From Desulfatiglandales bacterium (GTDB lineage: Bacteria > Desulfobacterota > DSM-4660 > Desulfatiglandales > Desulfatiglandaceae), in the NCBI GenBank assembly GCA_963662465.1, contig OY759599.1, positions 7,168,001-7,232,000 of the forward strand: a DNA stretch of 64,000 nucleotides. The letters run 5' to 3'. This document shows, piece after piece, positions 60,629 to 64,000 of this stretch (positions within the stretch are counted from its first letter, which is position 1; every line of letters starts with the position of its first letter). The position numbers were made by a program, and so were the translations under genes. The notes under the pieces are model-generated. The model did no database searches and had not been told where the DNA came from. It was given only the letters and a program-made list of their open reading frames with translations.

Positions 60629-63487
60629 CTATTTGCCGGCCCCACAGCACTTTTTGTATTTTTTCCCGCTGCCGCAAGGGCATGGTGCATTCCTGCCAAC
60701 TTTTTCTTCCTTTCGCCGGACCGTAACGCCGCCCTCATCGCCATCCCCACGGTTTAGGTTCAAAGTCCTTTTCTTCTTGGGCATGATCTCCGGTTCCCGG
60801 CGCACGATCTGTATGCGGAAAAGGGTTCGAAGGATTTCTTCCCGGATTTGGTCCATGAGTTCGCCAAACATGGCAAACCCTTCTTTCTGATACTCTTTCA
60901 GTGGGTCAAGCTGTCCATACCCGCGCAGTCCGACCCCTTCCTTCATGTGGTCCATGGCTTGCAGATGGCTTACCCATTTATCGTCAATGATCTGAAGAAT
61001 GAAATAACGCGCCAAACGTTCCAGGTCTTCTTTTCCAAACAGCTTTTCCCGTTCCCCGTATTCCGCGAGTGCGCGTTCTTTGATCAGGTCCGGAAGGGTT
61101 TCCCTTTTCAGGGTATCAAAGGCCTCTTCTCCCATTGTTTCAGGCCCGATATTGGCGGGAAAACCGAACAGCCAGGAAATGCCGGCGTTTAATTCTTTCA
61201 GGTTCCAGTCTTCGGGGTGCGCCTTCGGGTCGATCCACTGTTCAACCAGGGTTTCTGTTTTCTGATCGATCATTTCCTCGATCATTTCCCGGAGGTTTTG
61301 CCCTTGAAGGATATCTTTTCTCAGGGAATAGATGATTTCCCGGTGTTTGTTCATTACGTCATCATAGTCCAGGAGATGCTTTCGCATGTCGAAGTTGCGG
61401 GCTTCAACCTTTTTCTGCGCATTTTCAATGCCTCGGGAAATCAGGCTGTGTTCAATGGGTTCCCCTTCTTCCATCCCCAATCGTTCCATGATGGAGGAGA
61501 TGCGGTCTGAACCGAAGATCCGCAACAGGTCATCTTCCAGGGAGAGGTAGAAGCGGGAGGTGCCGGGGTCGCCCTGCCGACCGGAGCGGCCGCGCAACTG
61601 GTTGTCCACCCGCCGGCTTTCGTGTCGTTCGGTGCCTAGGATGTGCAGCCCGTCCAATTCCCTGACCCCTTCTCCCAACACAATATCCGTGCCCCTGCCA
61701 GCCATATTGGTCGAAATGGTTACGGTTTTTGCCTGCCCGGCATTGGCAATGATCTCCGCCTCTTTCTGGTGATGTTTGGCATTGAGAACGGAGTGGGGAA
61801 CGCCGGCTCGCTTGAGCATTTTGCTCAACATCTCGGATTTTTCGATGGAGATGGTGCCCACGAGAACCGGCTGGCCCTTTTCGTAAAGTGCCTTGATTTC
61901 ATCCACGGCGGCTATGAATTTTTCCCGTTCGGTCTTGTAGATGACATCCGGGTAATTGATACGCGCCATTTTCTTGTTGGTGGGAATGACGACAACGTCC
62001 AGCTTATAGATATTATTGAATTCGGCCGCTTCCGTGTCGGCTGTACCGGTCATGCCGGCGAGCTTGTCGTACATGCGGAAGTAATTTTGAAAGGTCACCG
62101 TGGCCAGGGTCTGGTTTTCTCCCGCAACCTTTACCCCTTCCTTGGCTTCCACCGCCTGATGCAGACCATCGCTCCACCGACGTCCCGGCATCATTCGGCC
62201 CGTGAATTCATCCACGATCATGATTTCGTTGTCTTTGATGACGTAGTGGACATCTTTTTCAAAGAGCCAGAAGGCTTTCACCAGTTGCTGGATGGCATGG
62301 ATGAGTTCGGACGTCCGCATGTATCGCTCTTCAATTTCCCTGAGTCGGACGTCTTTTTCCGCATCGGTGAGGTTTTCGTTCTGGCGAATGGTGTGGCTTT
62401 CGTCGTCCAGGTCGGGAAGGGTGAAATCATCCGAGCCGTTTTTCGAAAGGAGATCGATCCCCTTTTCAGTGAGTTCCACGGCGTTGCTCATTTCGTCAAT
62501 GGTGCAGTAAAGATCCTGGTCCAGATCGGGTAAAATTTTCTGACTGCGCAACATGCTTTCCGTTTTGTCGATCTGCTTTTTTAACGCCTGGTTTTGAGCT
62601 ACCATATCCAGGTAAACCGGGTTCTTGGGGTCTGCTCTCTTGATTTTGAGCAGGGTTTCAATGGTGTTGTCATCCACCTGATGGCTATCCAGGAGCCCGC
62701 GCACGTCTTTTAGCAGAGATTGGACAATGGCCCCCTGTTTCTGTCTAAGACGCATGACAAGGGGTTTGACCTCTTCAAATATCTTGTTTTCACTATGTTC
62801 TATGGGACCGCTGATGATCAGCGGCGTTCTCGCTTCATCGATGAGGATGCTGTCCACTTCATCCACGATGGCATAACGGAATTCTCTCTGAACAAAGTCC
62901 TTCACCTCAAATTTCATGTTGTCGCGAAGGTAATCAAAACCGAACTCATTATTGGTGCCATAGGTGATGTCGCAGGCATAAGCCGCCTTCCGTTCGGCGT
63001 CGTCAATGCCGTGTACGATCACCCCCACACTCAGTCCCAGGGCATGATATATGGCGCTCATCCACTCGGAGTCCCTTTTGGCCAGGTAGTCATTGACCGT
63101 TATCAGGTGGACTCCCCGACCTTCCAGCGCATTGAGGTAGAGTGGTAGCGTGGCGGCTAAAGTTTTTCCCTCGCCGGTTTTCATCTCGGCGATCTTTCCC
63201 TGGTGGAGTACGATCCCGCCGATGAGCTGTACGTCAAAATGTCGCATGCCCAGGGTTCGCACCGAGGTCTCCCTCACGGCGGCAAAGGCTTCCGGGAGGA
63301 TGTCGTCCAGGGTTTCTCCCTTTAAAAGTCGCTCTCTGAATTCAGCTGTTTTAGAAAGCAGGGCATCATCCGAGAGGCCTTTGAAATCGGGTTCTAGCTG
63401 ATTAATGCGCTCCACCAAGGGGGCCATCTGTTTGAGGGTGCGTTCGTTCTTGCTGCCGAAAATTCCTTTTAATACTTTTCCAAACAT
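60629..63487 (-). CDS. secA: Preprotein translocase ATPase SecA
   Basis: [49 protein letters not shown]-terminal [13 protein letters not shown]. Confidence 0.97.
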   Translation of the reverse strand: MFGKVLKGIFGSKNERTLKQMAPLVERINQLEPDFKGLSDDALLSKTAEFRERLLKGETLDDILPEAFAAVRETSVRTLGMRHFDVQLIGGIVLHQGKIAEMKTGEGKTLAATLPLYLNALEGRGVHLITVNDYLAKRDSEWMSAIYHALGLSVGVIVHGIDDAERKAAYACDITYGTNNEFGFDYLRDNMKFEVKDFVQREFRYAIVDEVDSILIDEARTPLIISGPIEHSENKIFEEVKPLVMRLRQKQGAIVQSLLKDVRGLLDSHQVDDNTIETLLKIKRADPKNPVYLDMVAQNQALKKQIDKTESMLRSQKILPDLDQDLYCTIDEMSNAVELTEKGIDLLSKNGSDDFTLPDLDDESHTIRQNENLTDAEKDVRLREIEERYMRTSELIHAIQQLVKAFWLFEKDVHYVIKDNEIMIVDEFTGRMMPGRRWSDGLHQAVEAKEGVKVAGENQTLATVTFQNYFRMYDKLAGMTGTADTEAAEFNNIYKLDVVVIPTNKKMARINYPDVIYKTEREKFIAAVDEIKALYEKGQPVLVGTISIEKSEMLSKMLKRAGVPHSVLNAKHHQKEAEIIANAGQAKTVTISTNMAGRGTDIVLGEGVRELDGLHILGTERHESRRVDNQLRGRSGRQGDPGTSRFYLSLEDDLLRIFGSDRISSIMERLGMEEGEPIEHSLISRGIENAQKKVEARNFDMRKHLLDYDDVMNKHREIIYSLRKDILQGQNLREMIEEMIDQKTETLVEQWIDPKAHPEDWNLKELNAGISWLFGFPANIGPETMGEEAFDTLKRETLPDLIKERALAEYGEREKLFGKEDLERLARYFILQIIDDKWVSHLQAMDHMKEGVGLRGYGQLDPLKEYQKEGFAMFGELMDQIREEILRTLFRIQIVRREPEIMPKKKRTLNLNRGDGDEGGVTVRRKEEKVGRNAPCPCGSGKKYKKCCGAGK

Positions 63488-63632
63488 GATTTTATTTACC
63501 AATACGAGAGTTGTCAGGCAATACTGTTGTCAGGGCGCATTAAAAAACTTTGCGGTCTAAAAATCAAGGGCTTATGTACCGATCTTCGATTTCTGACATG
63601 GGAAGGCGGAAAAAGAGGTGAAATTTTTGAAA

Positions 63633-64000
63633 TCAATTAAAAATATAGCGAAGCGGATTTACGGGGACGTTGTTCAGGTGAACTTCATAGTGAAGGTGGG
63701 AACCGGTGGTTCTGCCGGAATTGCCGACCAGACCGATGGTTTCGCCTTTTTTGACATATTGACTCTTTTTGACCAGGAACTTACTAAGATGCGCATATTT
63801 TGTTTTGAGACCGTTACCATGTTTCATGACGATGACCCTGCCGTATCCGTTTTTCCAGCCGGCGAAAATGACCAGTCCGTTTGCCGGTGAAAGAATTGGG
63901 GCGCCCTTCCTCGTGGAGATATCAATTCCCTTGTGAAACTCTTTCTTTTGGGTGAAAGGGGAGGAGCGGTAACCAAAACGCGAACTCAACCATCCCTTGG
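63633..64000 (-). CDS. M23 family metallopeptidase (5' truncated by window)
   Basis: HKGID, YAHL, GNSGRTTGSHLHYEV. Confidence 0.92.
   Translation of the reverse strand, partial: KGWLSSRFGYRSSPFTQKKEFHKGIDISTRKGAPILSPANGLVIFAGWKNGYGRVIVMKHGNGLKTKYAHLSKFLVKKSQYVKKGETIGLVGNSGRTTGSHLHYEVHLNNVPVNPLRYIFN

Overview
A ~50% GC bacterial chromosomal window whose gene content suggests an anaerobic Desulfobacterota (deltaproteobacterial) host; this is an inference. Main content: (1) Two paralogous hdrA-mvhD-metV-metF modules. The first (7.3-15.7 kb, sigma54-driven) has an in-frame UGA plus a SECIS-like hairpin in both a large HdrL-type HdrA and MvhD, and carries an extra degenerate MetF; an ACT-only protein and an RnfB-GltD fusion follow. 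The second (33.2-38.0 kb) is selenium-free with a stripped-down HdrA. (2) A third probable selenoprotein, an exported tandem rhodanese, behind one of three ~190-bp copies of a sigma54 promoter/enhancer module. (3) A VWA domain apparently split between two adjacent secreted proteins. (4) A mosaic of gene remnants (19.2-22.8 kb). (5) Signalling genes: MCP, diguanylate cyclase, two histidine kinases and an NtrC-type regulator. (6) A three-level nest of mobile elements (22-bp-TIR element > IS1634 > IS91-like) next to a Type III R-M system whose mod and res genes are both disrupted. (7) Housekeeping genes: rimO, a polyprenyl synthase, PMM/PGM, manC, argJ, secA and an M23 peptidase. No rRNA, tRNA or CRISPR array was recognised.
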